From Camelus dromedarius (lineage: Eukaryota), in contig NC_087438.1 in assembly GCF_036321535.1 (NCBI RefSeq), forward strand, positions 6,698,001 through 6,762,000: DNA of 64,000 nt. The letters run 5' to 3'. Made by a program: the position numbers and the translations under genes. Under the pieces are notes generated by a model. The model searched no databases. It had not been told where the DNA came from and saw only the letters and a program-made list of their open reading frames with translations. Below, one piece after another: positions 50,815 to 63,960 of the stretch. The first letter of the stretch is position 1. Each line of letters begins with the position of its first letter.

Positions 50815-50952
50815 CTGCCTTGCTTCTTCTCTCCCTTCTTCCTTCCCCTTGTCTTCCCTACTTTTCCTTCTTCCTGTCTTCATCCTTCCTTCGCTCACTC
50901 CTCCCTCCCACCTTCTTCCCCTCTCTCCCTTCCTCTCTTCCTCCTTTTCTCC
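50815..50952. repeat. CT-rich low-complexity tract
   Basis: Read directly. Confidence 0.8.
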
Positions 50953-50964
50953 ACATGTCATGGA

Positions 50965-53080
50965 GGAGGTGATAATTGAAAAGAGAACTGAATGAGAAGG
51001 AATCAGCTATGGATATCTAGGGGGTGACCATTCCAAGTGGAGAGGGCAGGAGATAGCAATGTCTCCCTTGAATAAAAAAGCTTGAAGTGTTCCAGGAAAA
51101 CAAAGGCTTAAATATTGCGGTGCCTGGAGTGGCACGAGCTAAGGGAGAGCCCGAGAAGAGGAGAATGGATGGGCAGGCATGGCCAGGTCACAGAGGGCTT
51201 TGGGCCACAGTAAGGATGAGGTTACGTCCTCAGTGTGATGGGAAACCATTGCAAAGTTTGTGCGAGTGTTCGGGGGATGGGGCAGGAGAAGGATTTGTCC
51301 TAATTGGATCTGTGTTCTAAAATATTTACGCTGACTGCTGTATAAAAAGAAAAGAAAAGAGGGAAAAAGAGAAAAGGAAAAGAAAAGAAGAAAAAAGATT
51401 TACTCTGAGGACAGACTTGGGGGTCAGGAAAGAGAGTGGGAGTGGAAGGGCCAATCCGAAGGCCGTGGCAGTGGAATAGGCAAGGGCTGCTGTTGCCTTA
51501 AAGCAGATTGGCAACAGAGGATGGAAAGAAACGTCCGGATTTGAAATCCCAACAGGGATTTCAGATGACTTTGATAGAGGAAGTGAGGGCAGTGAGGGCA
51601 AGAGAGAAATTAAGAACGACTTTTGGGTTGTTGGCCTGCCCCTCTTGGGAGCAATAGTGTCATTTTTTAAGAAGAGAACATTGGAGGGAAGTTAATATCA
51701 AGAGTTCTATTTTAGGTAATAGAAATAAAAGCAAAAATCTACAAATGGGACCTAATTAAACTTACAAGTTTTTGCACAGCAAAGGAAACTATAAACAAAA
51801 CAAAAAGACAACCTATGGACTTGGAGAAAAATCTTTGCAAATGATGTAATAGGCGAAGGCTTAACTTCCAGAATATACAAATAGATCATACAACTCGATA
51901 ACAAAAAACCAAACAACCCAATCAAAAATGGTCAGAAGACCTAAAGAGACATTTCCCCGATGAAGGCGTACGGATGGCCAACAGGCAAGTGAAAAGATGC
52001 TCAACATCACTAATTATCAGAGAAATACAAATCAAAACTATAATGAGATATCACTTCACACTGGTCAGAATGGCCACCATTAAAAAGTCCACAAATGATA
52101 AATGCTGGAAAGGGTGTGGAGAAAAGGGAATCCTCCTATACTGCTGGTGGGAATGTAATTTGATGTGGCCACTATAGAAAACAGTATGGAAAGTCCTTAA
52201 AAAACTAAAAATAGAGTAATCATAGGATCCAGCAATCCCACTCCTGGGATATATCCACAGGGAACTCTAATTCAAAAAGATACATGCACCCCAGTGTTCA
52301 TAGCAGCACTATTTACAATAATCAAGACATGGAAGCAACAGAAATGTCCATCAACAGATGATTGAATAAAGAAGCTGAGGTATATTTCCACACTGGAATA
52401 CTCCTCAGTCATAAAAAAGAATAACACCATTTGCAGCAACACAGATGGACCTAGATATCATCATACTAAGTGAAGTAAGCCAGACACAGAAAGACAAACA
52501 CCATATGATATCACCTATATGTGGAATCTAAAAATATGAAACAAATGAACTTATTTACAAAACAGAAGCAGACGCACAGACATAGAAAACAAACTTATAG
52601 TTACCAAAGGGGAAAGTGGAGGGAGGGATAAATTAGGAGTTTGGGATTAGCATATACAAACAATATATATACAATAGATAAACAACAATGTCCTACTGTA
52701 CAGCACAGGAAACTATATTTAATAGCTTGTAATAACCTATAATGGAAAAGAATATGAAAAAGAATACACATATATTTGTGTGTATAACTGAATCACTATG
52801 CCGTACACCGGAAATTAACACAACATTGTAAATCAACTATACTTCAATTTTTAAAAAAAAAAAGTTTTATTGTAGACATTTTCTGTCTGAGGTGCCTACT
52901 CCAGGAAGAAATGCTTTTAAGCAGTGGTGGTGATAAATTTGGAGTTTTGGGGAGCCACAAGGGCTAGAAATATGCACTTGGTATTTAATCGTATAGAGAT
53001 GATATTTAAAGGCACGAAGATGGACAAGATTATGTAGGGAAGAGATTGCCAACTGGAGTGTCCGAGCACTGCAAGAAATT
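50965..53080 (-). mobile_element. L2 fragment split by an L1 insertion
   Basis: cagctatggatatctagggg...tgatgggaaaccattg...gggcagtgagggcaagagagaaattaagaacgac, resuming after the L1 with acattttctgtctgaggtgcct...tggagttttgggg. Confidence 0.75.
51716..52859 (+). mobile_element. 5'-truncated L1 (ORF2 end, 3' UTR, A tail) with TSD
   Basis: ORF2 C-terminus [27 protein letters not shown]..., 3' UTR ending cacaacattgtaaatcaactatacttcaat, then an A tail. TSD AAGAGTTCTATTTTAG (51700-51715) / AAAAGTTTTATTGTAG (52860-52875). Confidence 0.93.
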
Positions 53081-53214
53081 ATTTTGTGCATTCACGTCAC
53101 TCCAGCCGTCCTGTCCTCTCTCTGTGGAAGGAGGCATGCTGACGGCAGAGTGTGGGAGTTAACACTTGCATCCCTGAAGGCAACCCCACTAGTCATGGCA
53201 GCCTGATCTCTTTA

Positions 53215-53470
53215 TACATGGCTGAGTCTATTTGCTGTTTAATTTAGAAATATCAACCCTTTATCACAAGGAATATTGGTCTGGAGATTTTCCTGGTGCT
53301 AGATTTGATAAATTTGATTATCCATGCTATGCTGGATTTATAAAAACATTGTTAAGCTTCCCTTATTTTCTGTGCACCAGAACAGTTTGAATTCCACGGC
53401 AATTATCTGTCTCTTCGGGAATGGAAAGAATTCACAGGAAAGAATCTGAAGCCAGAGGCTTTGGGGAAAG
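53215..53470 (-). mobile_element. Very old L1 (L1M5-type) ORF2 fragment
   Basis: aggaatattggtctggagattttcc...agaacagtttga...aaagaattcacagg. Confidence 0.55.
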
Positions 53471-53477
53471 GGCAGAA

Positions 53478-53680
53478 TACTTACCATTTATTTAGCACTT
53501 AAAATGCTAAGCAATTGACAGACCTAGTATCGACTGGCCATCTTGACAACTCTATGAAATCAACATTACCTCCACTTTAGAGATGATGAAATTGAGGTTC
53601 ACAGAGGATTGGAGATTACCCTCAGTCATGCAGTTAAAAAGTAGCATTTTCAAGATGTGGACCAAAATCTGATGTTAAAT
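53478..53680 (-). mobile_element. MIR fragment
   Basis: ccatttatttagcactt...ctccactttagagatgatgaaattgaggttcacagagg. Confidence 0.7.
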
Positions 53681-56600
53681 ACTATAGGTGTCCTTAAACA
53701 TTCAGCACCACTGGATGGTTCCTTCCCCATCACGCAGTCATTCTGACAGCTCAGAGTGTTATTGTGCCATAGGAAGAGTTTACAAAGCATCAGGGTACCA
53801 TATGGACATCAGAAATTTTATTCAGTCCTCTCTGCAGAGAATATTCCTGGCCTTTATAGTGATTGGCTATGCTTTGTCCAGAGGATGCATGGTCCAGAAG
53901 ACTTCAGTAGGCATTGGCATATATGTTGGTTGCAACCATTGGATTGGACACGTGGATGGACCTGCTGCATATGTGGTCTTGAAACCCAGACCACCATTTC
54001 TTCCCTGGTCCAATCTTGACTGGTTCCCTTTTAACCTACCAACCAAGTCCCTTTTTCCTGCCCCTCAAACAATGGATTACTACCTAGGAATTACAATGAA
54101 ATGGTAGAACTGGGCATTTTGGGCTTTTATTCATAGAGACTTGTTCCTCCTTCTCCCCCTTGAGATAGACTTCTCCAGACATAATTTTTGTCAACTTCTG
54201 GAAGAGTCAGATTGTTGCTTCTTTCTTCGTTTCCCCCGCAGTTGGGAGCAGGCTTTGTGATTTCCCCACTTCCTGTGGTTTGGGGACACTGGCCCCATCC
54301 CTTGCATCCAAGGATAGACATGTATGTGGGGGTATATATGGTGATGCTCTGTAAAGGTCTGCTGAGTGAACAGCAATGAGAAACTGAACAAAGCTTCCCA
54401 GCTTCAGGGAGGTGTTGCTAGTCGAACTTCAGTATTACATAATCTTTGCAATGTTTTTCCTATGGCAGAGAATATTATTCCGTCTACCCACAATTATCTA
54501 ACATCCTATTCATGTGAACATCTGTGGGACAAATGGGTGGGATGAAGGGTAAAATCTGTGACTAGGAAATAGAGTGAATCTCCCTGATTCAGAGGGAGTG
54601 AAGCAACCATGAACTTGACTTTCTGAATTCAATATAGTAAACTTAATACAGAACCACATTACATCAGATCTGCAAAGGTTATTAATGCTTATTTGTGCCA
54701 ACTCCTTATTGTATGAAGAAAGAGAAAGCAGAATCCCAGAAAAGATGCATAGTTCCCTGTGACTTGTTCCAGGGAACAGTCAGATGTTGTGTTCTAGAAG
54801 AGTGGATACCGGGGGTTTACTCAACTTTGTTATGACTAGTGCAGCCTTCACGGGAGCAGGATGGAATAATGGTGGGACACTAGTGGACAGGACATGATGG
54901 CTATGGTCCTCCCAAGGTGTAACCAATGGCCATGTTTTGTGGGAGAGGTGTGTGAACCTCAAATATAGGTACCTGTATCCCACCAATGTTGATTGCAAAG
55001 TATAGACACAGGAATTTGCAGTCCTTTCTCAAAATGTGAAGGAAAAAAAAATTCAACAGTGGTACCCAAGGCTCTTCAGGCATTCATAAGGTAAAATTGG
55101 TCCAACATAATTTAAATTACAAAGGTAATATGTTAGAAATGGAAACCCAAAGGCAACCTTTTATTATAATTTTCTGTAGTCAGTAATACTTTTCCTTGTA
55201 CACTTAAGGCTCCCTACACAGGTCATAAATGATGACAGAGAAATTTCATTTGATGAAATAGTATGCTTCCTTAATTATTCACCCACCTGAATGTTGTCTT
55301 GTTAGAGTTAAGTCAATAATACCAGTTTTTAAAATCTATTCTTCCTTCCCGGCATGAAACATTTTAGATAATCATAAATTGTACTGGAGCAGAGGAGGTT
55401 TGGATAATGTTAACCATTAAACAATCAGGAGGAGGGCTTCTGCTAGGTTTAGCTGAATTTTTTCTGGTTATGACTTAACACGGTGATTTACAAGACTTAC
55501 TTCCTCCTAAGAATTCACACAATCATGAAATACGCAATTTTGGCTATAAAAACAGGATGAGATCAGATATACTCCAAAAGTAATTGTTGTCAGATACATT
55601 CAGAATGCATCACGCTTTGATATAACACAGAGAAGGAGAAAGTAAATATGACCGTGGGTACACAGTGGTACGGAGGAGGGGTGGAGGGGAGACAAGCACC
55701 ACACTGAGAGGAAAACATGACCTTAATTATATGGACAGATCATTTATGCACCTCAAATCGCTCTTGTTGACCCAGATTGCTGGGAACAGACATTTAGACC
55801 TCATTGCAGTTTCTAACCACTTTTAAAACTGATCTATGAGACCTATTTTCCTACCTTTCTTTTCCTCCAAATAATCTATCGGATCTACAAGAGGTGATCT
55901 GCCTTGATCTTGCATCATTTCAGGTGGGTTGACATGAGACAGGAAGAGGCCATAGCCATGCCCTTTGTAAGGATAGATGAAGTTTCCATGCACTGAGCCT
56001 TGGGGTACATGGGACGGTTACCCCAAGCAGTAGCAGAGGCCACCTACCTCAGCTAGGTCTCCATTGGCCCCACATTCGCTATGACTAGGGAAACAGAAGT
56101 GAGGCATGGCCCACTCTTTGCAAGGCAGGGCCCTGCCAAAATGAAGACCTCAATTTTTTTTTTTTTGACCCCTCTGCCCGTTTTTTGGACTTGTATCATC
56201 ATGTAGGAAGACTCTATACTAACGATCTATGCCCAGGGACATCTCACAAACACTGGGATCCAAGCCCAGTTCAGCCCCAGCAGGGCCATCCACTCGGTAG
56301 ATGGTGGGGGCAGCATCAGCACCAGGGCATCCATGAAGGACCTCCTCTCCAGCTTTCCTCCCCTGGTGAGCCCCTTCTCCATCAGCTCACTCTTGACCCT
56401 GATTTAGAGACTCTCATCTTGTGGTTCTGATAGTGAGTTTGCTGTGAGGTCCACAAAGCCCAGTTGTTGAAAGAGAGCTAGAAACACCTGCTTAATCCTG
56501 AGAGGTCATCATCAAAAGTGGGCCTGACCAAAGCAGTGTAGGAAGGATTTTACAGCTGAAAGCTGTCTTCAAGATCTACTCCTTCATTTAGCAAAGGTAC

Positions 56601-58119
56601 CGAGCACCTTGGCACACCCAGATCTTTGGCATTATACTTGTTTCTTTGTCCGTTGAGTAAACACCTCCCGGGGACCTTCTGTGCTATGCGTTTATTCATG
56701 TGAATCACTACCGATGCCTGGAAGCAGTAGAATGATTAAATTAATATACTGATTCAAAAATCTGTTCACAATTGCATTTGAAATAAGTTACTTGCCACTA
56801 CAGTTTTTTGGAGGCCATGATGTGGCAAATGCTACACCGAGAAATGTAAAAGTTAATGAGAGTTGGGAGTATTTGCAAACTATTTATGCAGAAGCTTGCT
56901 GACTCCAATGTTAGGACCTCAGTTTAGAGTCTCAGGGATCTAGCGTCGTCTCATCTTTCCAAAATATTCCTGGGTGATACCTCTCTGGAGTAGAACTTTA
57001 TCCGCTTCTGTTTTCCCAATTTCCTAAAATTTAATCAAAAGTCAATAGTGGTAACATGTCCTAGGGCAAGTTCTAGCTCAGATGTGGATTTTTAGCGAAA
57101 CACGAATGTGCACATGCGTGTTCCAGCAGGTTACCCTGCGCTATGCAAAAAGGGATTGTGAGTGGAGCCACATTTACATTTGTTTTGCATTTGTGATTTA
57201 AGAGGTCAAAATATGCAAACTGCATCCACTCCTGTCAATACCTTCAAGCAAAAGAAAATTTTATTAAAGTGAAGTTAGATTCATGACCAAAAGAAGAGCT
57301 AATATCTCTCATTTTGGGGAAAAGGCTATATATATATATTTTTTTTATTTTTTTTTAAATAACAGATTTGAAAAAAATCTAAAACCAAGAATACTTAACA
57401 AATGTGCCTGTCTGTCTTAAACCAGGGATAATGGCCTGCACAGAAATATGCAATTAAAAAGCAAACTTAATTATAAGCAGTTTACAGCCCAAATGGAGAC
57501 AGTTATTCAGTCTGCAATTGGTGCTGAAAATATTCAGATGAAAAGTAAAATTAGTAATGGAGGAATAAAAGACATTTGGTGATTTTCAAGAAGGCATTTT
57601 AGAGACAACCAATTCTTGCCAAAGATCTGTAAATAAACAGTACAGGCACAGGAAAATTTGTATTTTCTAAGTAAGATGATAGAAAAAAAAAGTGCCCTAA
57701 CATAGCTTAAGAATTATAATCTTATTACGCACATGCTGGACTCATTTATGGCTGCTTCACTACAGGAAACTTTTTTCCAGATTAAAGAAATTGGATTCAA
57801 AACAAACAAACATGCACCAGTGTTTGTCCCTGAAAACACTAATAAACGGGGGCGGGGGGGAGGAAGACGAATAAAAATAAAAATTGCACAAGCGAGGTGC
57901 ATCTCCCATGCACTGCTGGCCGTGTAGAGTGGATGGATTTACAATGGCATTTCCACAGTGTTGCCTGGTTTCTGCATGAAGGTCTGGGTCCATTACATTG
58001 GGGATAATGTGACTTTGTGCCTCTGGTTTTGCATTGATTGTTGTCATGTATGGTGCACCAAATGCCAGGGTGGACCCTGTGGGGTGCAGGTGCCGCCATC
58101 TGAGCAGCCTGAAGTTTAA

Positions 58120-58450
58120 CATGCTTGGAACATTCTTCCATAGCCACACGATTCAGGCCCTGTCCTAACTGAGCTCAAATGTCACCGCATCAGCAAGGTC
58201 TCATCTGATTTCCCAGCCCCAGCTTATCATCACTCCTCATCCTCATCCCCGTCCCCGGCTTCAGTCTCCTTTTCTTTCCTAACACTTAGCACTACTGAAC
58301 ACATTCATGTTCATTATCTGTTCCTCTTCCTAGAACCTAAAATTCCCCCAAACAAAGACAATTTTTGTTCACTGATGTATCCCCAGTAACTAGATGGTCC
58401 TTGATACATAGTAGGTGCACAAAACTCTTTGATAAATGAACACATAACTA
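58120..58450 (+). mobile_element. L2a 3' end
   Basis: gctcaaatgtcacc...ttgttcactgatgtatcccc...acatagtaggtgc...aaatgaa. Confidence 0.8.
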
Positions 58451-59439
58451 AATCTTTAAAATAAAAATACATCTGCTCTGCTCTTCAATGACATTGTGGA
58501 AAGGACCACTAGAGAACGCAGCCTGCAGACCGGCTGGGAAGTAATTCTTACAATGGCTACTGTTTTGAACACTCAGGAAATATTAAGACCTCTTCTATGA
58601 GCTTCTGATGGACTCAGAGTATACAAGGTATCAAAAGGCTACGTTGTGATGTGGAGAAATCCCACACAGCAAAACTGAACATACGCCGTCACCAGACCCC
58701 ATCAGACTGATGCTCTTAGGATGATCAACTTGGCAGCCTGGATGAAGGACAGTGTTTCCAGCCTCATATATACATCATTGAATTGATCCTCAGTGTAGCT
58801 ACTAAGTTTAATTAACGTAAATCTGTGCTGAGACTTCTGTTTTACATAATGGGATCAATAATTATTCAGACAGATAGAGGTATCTGGAGAAGGTCTTGGG
58901 CTGGAGAAGCAGAACCAAACCAGAAATAAGTAATGAAACTTTCCTGCAGAAAAAAATGTGAAATAAAGCAACAGCATGTTACTTAAAATCACCCAATAGG
59001 CTAAATTCTGATCTGACCAGATAAATTGGGAAGTGATTCATATTTGTGAAGATTTTACATGTTAATGTAGGCATACTGAATGGAGAAATCTGTAACAACT
59101 TTTAAAGGTCTCATTTTGTTAAATATGATAACCCAAACCCAAAGTTTTATGAATACACATATAATAAAAATAAAGGTGAATTCATAGCTCATTCCATTTG
59201 AGTGAGTGCAGCTCAGCTCTATGTACATATAGGTCTTTCTTAAGCAGCCCTGGTGAGGGTTTGGAACTAAAGAACACTCCAGAGGCCAGGAGCCAACATG
59301 GGATCTACAGAAGCTGTGGCTGGGGCTCAGCAGCCCCCCAGGCCCTCCATCCACTCCCTCTCCACTTCAGCGCCAGGGCTAGTCTAGGGTGACGTTTTGT
59401 GCTGGTCTCAGCTTGTCAGTAACCAGTGTTGTGGTTGGA

Positions 59440-60080
59440 TCAGCCCTTGTGGTTCTTTTGATTGCAAGACACCCTTCAGCAATAACCACCAGGAAACTTT
59501 GAAAAAATAGAGATTTTATTACTTAAAAGACCCGGAAATTATACAACACACCTGGGGCCACAGAGTGAGGTCAAAAGGAGAGAGAAAGAGAGAACACAGG
59601 AGCCTGAGGTTCTGCTTTTACTGGGGTCAAGGATGGTGGTCTGGAGCTTCAGAGGCTCACTCTTCGTGGGTGAATTTAAAATATCAGAGGGAGTTTAAAG
59701 CACAGGAAGGGGGAAAAAAGTAGCCCAAATATGGTTAGCTATCTAAATCAACCAGGACCTCTAAAACAAAGGAGCCTCGAGGGAGGAGGTGGCTGGCTCT
59801 TTATCTAGTTTTGTGGCTGGCAATTGTATTCATTCAAATCAACTATCTTTGAAGGGGATGCCTCAGTATCAAAGCTCAAATCAGGCACTCGTGTTACACA
59901 AAGGGGAGATGAACGACTGTCAGAGCTCTGCGTTGCAGGTGGGCAAGCTGTCTAGAGCCTGGCAGCGGGCCTCTAGCTGCTGGGTTTCCATGTTCCCAGC
60001 TGCACCACTGGAGCTGATCAAGCTTCTGGACTCTCCCATCGATGCGCTGACTCTGATCTTAGTGATGACTGCACCACTGA
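59440..60080 (-). mobile_element. Old LTR (ERVL, MER76/LTR47-like)
   Basis: gagattttattactt...cacacctggggcc...gagagagaaagag...ctgcttttactgggg resembles an antisense ERVL LTR; subfamily and boundaries uncertain. Confidence 0.45.
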
Positions 60081-60349
60081 GAGACACTTCGCCTGAAGGT
60101 CGGGAGGACATTTAGAGGTCGGTTGCTTTAGTATTTGGTCTTCATACCAAATGTGGCTAAATTGGAATAGTTATATGTAGAGTCACATGACTAGATATTA
60201 TCACGCTAAGGAAATGGAGTGGGACTGATCATGGAGACCTAATATCTCTCTGCTCCCCATTGGAATAGCTTTCCGACAGGAGTCTGACTGCTAGGAATAC
60301 TACTGATGCTCTTATCATTTTGTTATGCCCTTTGAGTGGCTTGCACAGT

Positions 60350-60790
60350 GTCTGTCACAGAGACCTGCAGTTCTCACAAGTATCTGAGACCCCTTCTTTC
60401 TTTGGACACTCAGCTGGACTACATTTCCCAGTGTCCCTTGCATGAGGTAGCTCCCTATGATGAGGGAGTTCAGGCAAGTGGAATATCACCAGGACTGGCT
60501 TGTGCCCCTTTGAACGCTGGCCTATAAAAACTGCCCAAGCACTACCCTCACCCTCTTCGTCTCCTGCCTGAATAGAGAGCACTCGAAAAAGCCAGAGGAA
60601 GCTGGGGCCACATGATGGAAGGATACATATGGTTCCCTGAATGACTGCATGGAGCAGCTACCCCACTGCCACTTGCCCCCTTCCAACCCACAGTGGGTGG
60701 AAATATGAGAGAGAAACAAACTTTTATCACATGGAGCCATCCAAATTTGGGGATTGTTTGTTTCACAGTTAATATACCATGAATAATACA
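60350..60790 (+). mobile_element. MaLR LTR (MLT1J-like)
   Basis: cagctggactacatttcccagtgtcccttgca...ttccctgaatgactgcatggagc...gagagaaacaaactttt...aataataca. Confidence 0.85.
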
Positions 60791-60851
60791 ATGACCCTGA
60801 AAGTTTTTTAGAAGCTGGAATTCCTAGGATTTTTTTGTTTCATTGACTTTT

Positions 60852-61100
60852 AAAATATATATACAGATATATTTATTAAAGTTTAGTTGACTTACAATGT
60901 TGTGTTATTTTCTGATGTACAACATGGGAATACAGTTTGGTGCAGCCACTATGGAAAACAGTATGGAGAACTTAAAAAAACAAACAAACTAAAAATAGAG
61001 TTACCATAGGATCTAGCAATCCCACTCCTGGGAACATATCTGGGCCTATATCTAATTCAAACAGATACATGCACCCCAATGTTCACAGCAGCACTATTTA
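60852..61100 (-). mobile_element. Short L1 insertion with a 5' inversion (twin priming) and TSD
   Basis: An antisense L1 3' end (60870-60925) is joined to a sense ORF2-end piece (60925-61100). TSD TTGACTTTT (60843-60851) / TTGACTTTCT (61101-61110), followed by AAAA. Confidence 0.8.
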
Positions 61101-61114
61101 TTGACTTTCTAAAA

Positions 61115-61775
61115 ATTTATGTAAATTGTGCTAAAATATATGTCACATAGAAGTTACCATTTTTAAGTGTACAGTTCAATGGCATTAAGTACATTCATAT
61201 TTTTGTGCAACTATCACCACCATCTATCTCCAGAACTTTTTTCTTCTTGCAAAACCGAAACCCTGCACCCATTAAACAACTCCCCATCCCCTCCCTCAGC
61301 CCCTGGCAAACATCATCTACTTTCTGTCTCTGTGGATTTGGCTAAGTTCCTCATGTGAGTGGAATCAACGTAGTGTTTGTCCTTTTGTGACTGGCTTATT
61401 TCACGTAGCATAATGTCTTCTTCTAGGCTCCTCCACATTGTAACACATGTCAGAATTTTCTTCCTTTTTAAGCCTGAATGATACTCTGTTGTGTGTATAG
61501 ACTACATTTTGTTTATCTGTTCCTCTGTTGCTTCCAAATTAAGCCACTGTGAATAATGCTGCTGTAAACAGATATCTGTTCTTGTCCCTGCTTTCAGTTC
61601 TTTGGGGTGTACACCCAGAAGTGGAGCTGCTGGATCATATTGTACTTCTCCATTTAGTTTTTTCAAGAACAGCCAGACTGTTTTCCATGGCAGTGCACCA
61701 TTTTACATTCCCACCAACATGGCACAAGGGTTCAATTTCTACACATCTTCACTAAGCCTCATTATATTCAATTTG
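61115..61775 (-). mobile_element. L1MB-type 3' end
   Basis: ccatttttaagtgtacagttcaatggcattaagtacattca...ccttttgtgactggcttatttcac...ccattttacattcccaccaaca. Confidence 0.9.
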
Positions 61776-62479
61776 GATTTCCTGGATCTTAACCTCCAGC
61801 ACATGTGAAGGAAAGAAACCACATGTTATTGCATCAATGACTGTCTTAAATTTTAATCAATAGCTCTGAAAATTAGCCCCCAAATAAGAACTATTCCAAA
61901 ATATTCAAAGTCTACTCTTCTTTCCTTGATGTGGGCCACAACCACTCTTGCTTTCCAAACCAAGCTCCATGGTCATATGGTGACTTCTGAGCATGGAGGT
62001 GAGGTTGCAGTTAGCTTTGGGGTTAGTAAATGATCTCTGGGTAACAACTTGCCCCATCAGTGGGTGACGTCTGGCGAGACCTGGGTCTGAGAGCACAGAA
62101 GGGCAGTCTTGGTGGTGTGCCTTGAAAGCATCGTAACCGTATCTGCAGCGGATTAACAAGAAATGCAAATTCCCCTACAAAAATATATTCCAGGAAGCCA
62201 AGAACTTTAAAAATTAATTTCCAGAGGAATTTCCATGATGCCTGAAGTTCTGACTAAAAGGACTCCTGAATTTCAACTCATTATGGAATTTAAAACAAAA
62301 ACAAAAACAAAAATTCTACCTGCATTTGCTGCATAGAAATAACACCTAATGCTTTAAAAAGAACCACACACATTATAAGTTATTATTCTCTTGGATAAAA
62401 TTTACAGAAGGCTAGAACAATCTATTAATTTTATTCTCTGTCCCTCTATCATTGCTTAACTTACAAATATCAAACTTTT

Positions 62480-63960
62480 AGGAAAATAATCCTAAACTCC
62501 AAGGAAGATTAAATGCATGAAAATAGCCAGAGACCTTTTGGAACAACAACAACAACAACAACAAAGAGTAAAGAGGAGAGACTTCGCTCTCAGATACTGA
62601 AACTTATTATGAAGCAACAGTGACCACAATGGAGTAACACTGCCCTCAGAAAACCAGGGAATAAATGGATAGTCCAGAAAAGAAAAATGTATATAAAATC
62701 ATTTTGGTACTTAAAGCAATGGAGAGATTACGGACTATTCGATGAATGTTATTGAGATAAGTGGCTAATCGATTCCCCAGGGAGAGAGAAAGCTAGATTC
62801 CCAATGTCTTGGAATTTATGTAGAAATTAATCAAAGATGAAACAAGTGGTGAAAATGTGGAACAACATATCTTGCTAGTGGGAGTGAGAATGATATGGCT
62901 ACTCTGGAAGCTAGTGTATACACTCATTACAAAGTTAGTAGACATACACATAGTCTATGATCTAGCAATTTCATTCCTATCGCTTTATTTGCTCAAGAGA
63001 AATAAAGCATATGTCCACGAAAAGACTCGTAAAAAGAATGTTCATAGCAGCTTTTCCATAATAGCCAAAAATATAAAAGAAACCAAATGTCACCCAAGAG
63101 ACACTAGGATGAATCGATAACGACATTGAAATATAGTCACGCAATGGATTACTGTTCAGAATTAAAAGGAGCAAACTATTGTCCCATGCAACCACATGGA
63201 CAAATATCAAAAACATTATGTTTAGTGGAAAGGGTATATATACTGTGTGATTGCATTTATAGATGTTCTAGAATAAGCAAAATGAGCCTCTGATGCTGGA
63301 AACCAGAGCAATGGCGGTCTGCGGTCAGGGCGTGGGGTCCAGAGAGAACTGACTAGAACAGACCATGAGGGCACTTTCTGGGATGAGAGAAATATTCCAC
63401 ATCTCCAAGATTCAGAGATTTGTCAAAACTCATCAAACTACAAACCTTATCCTATGACGATTATAGCTTCATTAAAGTAGTAAGTAAAGAAGAGCTTAGT
63501 ATTTAAAGAAAAGGCTGACAAATACAACTGCTTAATTTAAATTTCTCTGGGATCAAAGAAACCACCGTAAACAATATTAAAAGATGAGTAGCAACCAGAA
63601 AACATTATGTGTAAGAGACTGATCCATACTTTATTCTATGAAGAAATCTCAAACCTAAAAAGACAAAAAACAGAACAAAACAAACCCACTGAATCAGCAA
63701 AGATTATAAAGTAGGCAATTTATTAGAGTATATAGACCCTAAACACCATTTTAAATGTGTGATTGATCAAAAGTTAATATACCTCTAAAAGTGTTCTTAG
63801 AAATAGAAAAGCAAAATACACTAAACACTTGGATGGATAAATAAGCAAAAGATACGAATAAACAGCTCCCACACACCAAAATATAACTAACAAGTGTTTA
63901 AAATTTTTAACTTGTCTGGAAATCAAGAAAATCCAAATTAAAACCAGTCCATGCCTTGTC
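62480..63960 (+). mobile_element. Old L1ME fragments (ORF2 and 3' UTR), including a short (CAA)n
   Basis: aaatagccagagac...acttattatgaagc...tatgatctagcaatttcattccta...aagaatgttcatagcagc...ttgtcaaaactcatcaaac. Confidence 0.75.

Noticed and set aside
54900..55030. Resemblance of INIGGIQVP to the mononegaviral L-protein xLGG motif
   Set aside because: The match is too short, lies in a different frame from the long open stretch, and has no GDNQ motif nearby; not supportable without a search.
55229..55290. Box C/D snoRNA (ATGATGA...CTGA)
   Set aside because: No convincing terminal stem, D' box or host intron, and it does not match my recollection of SNORD123.
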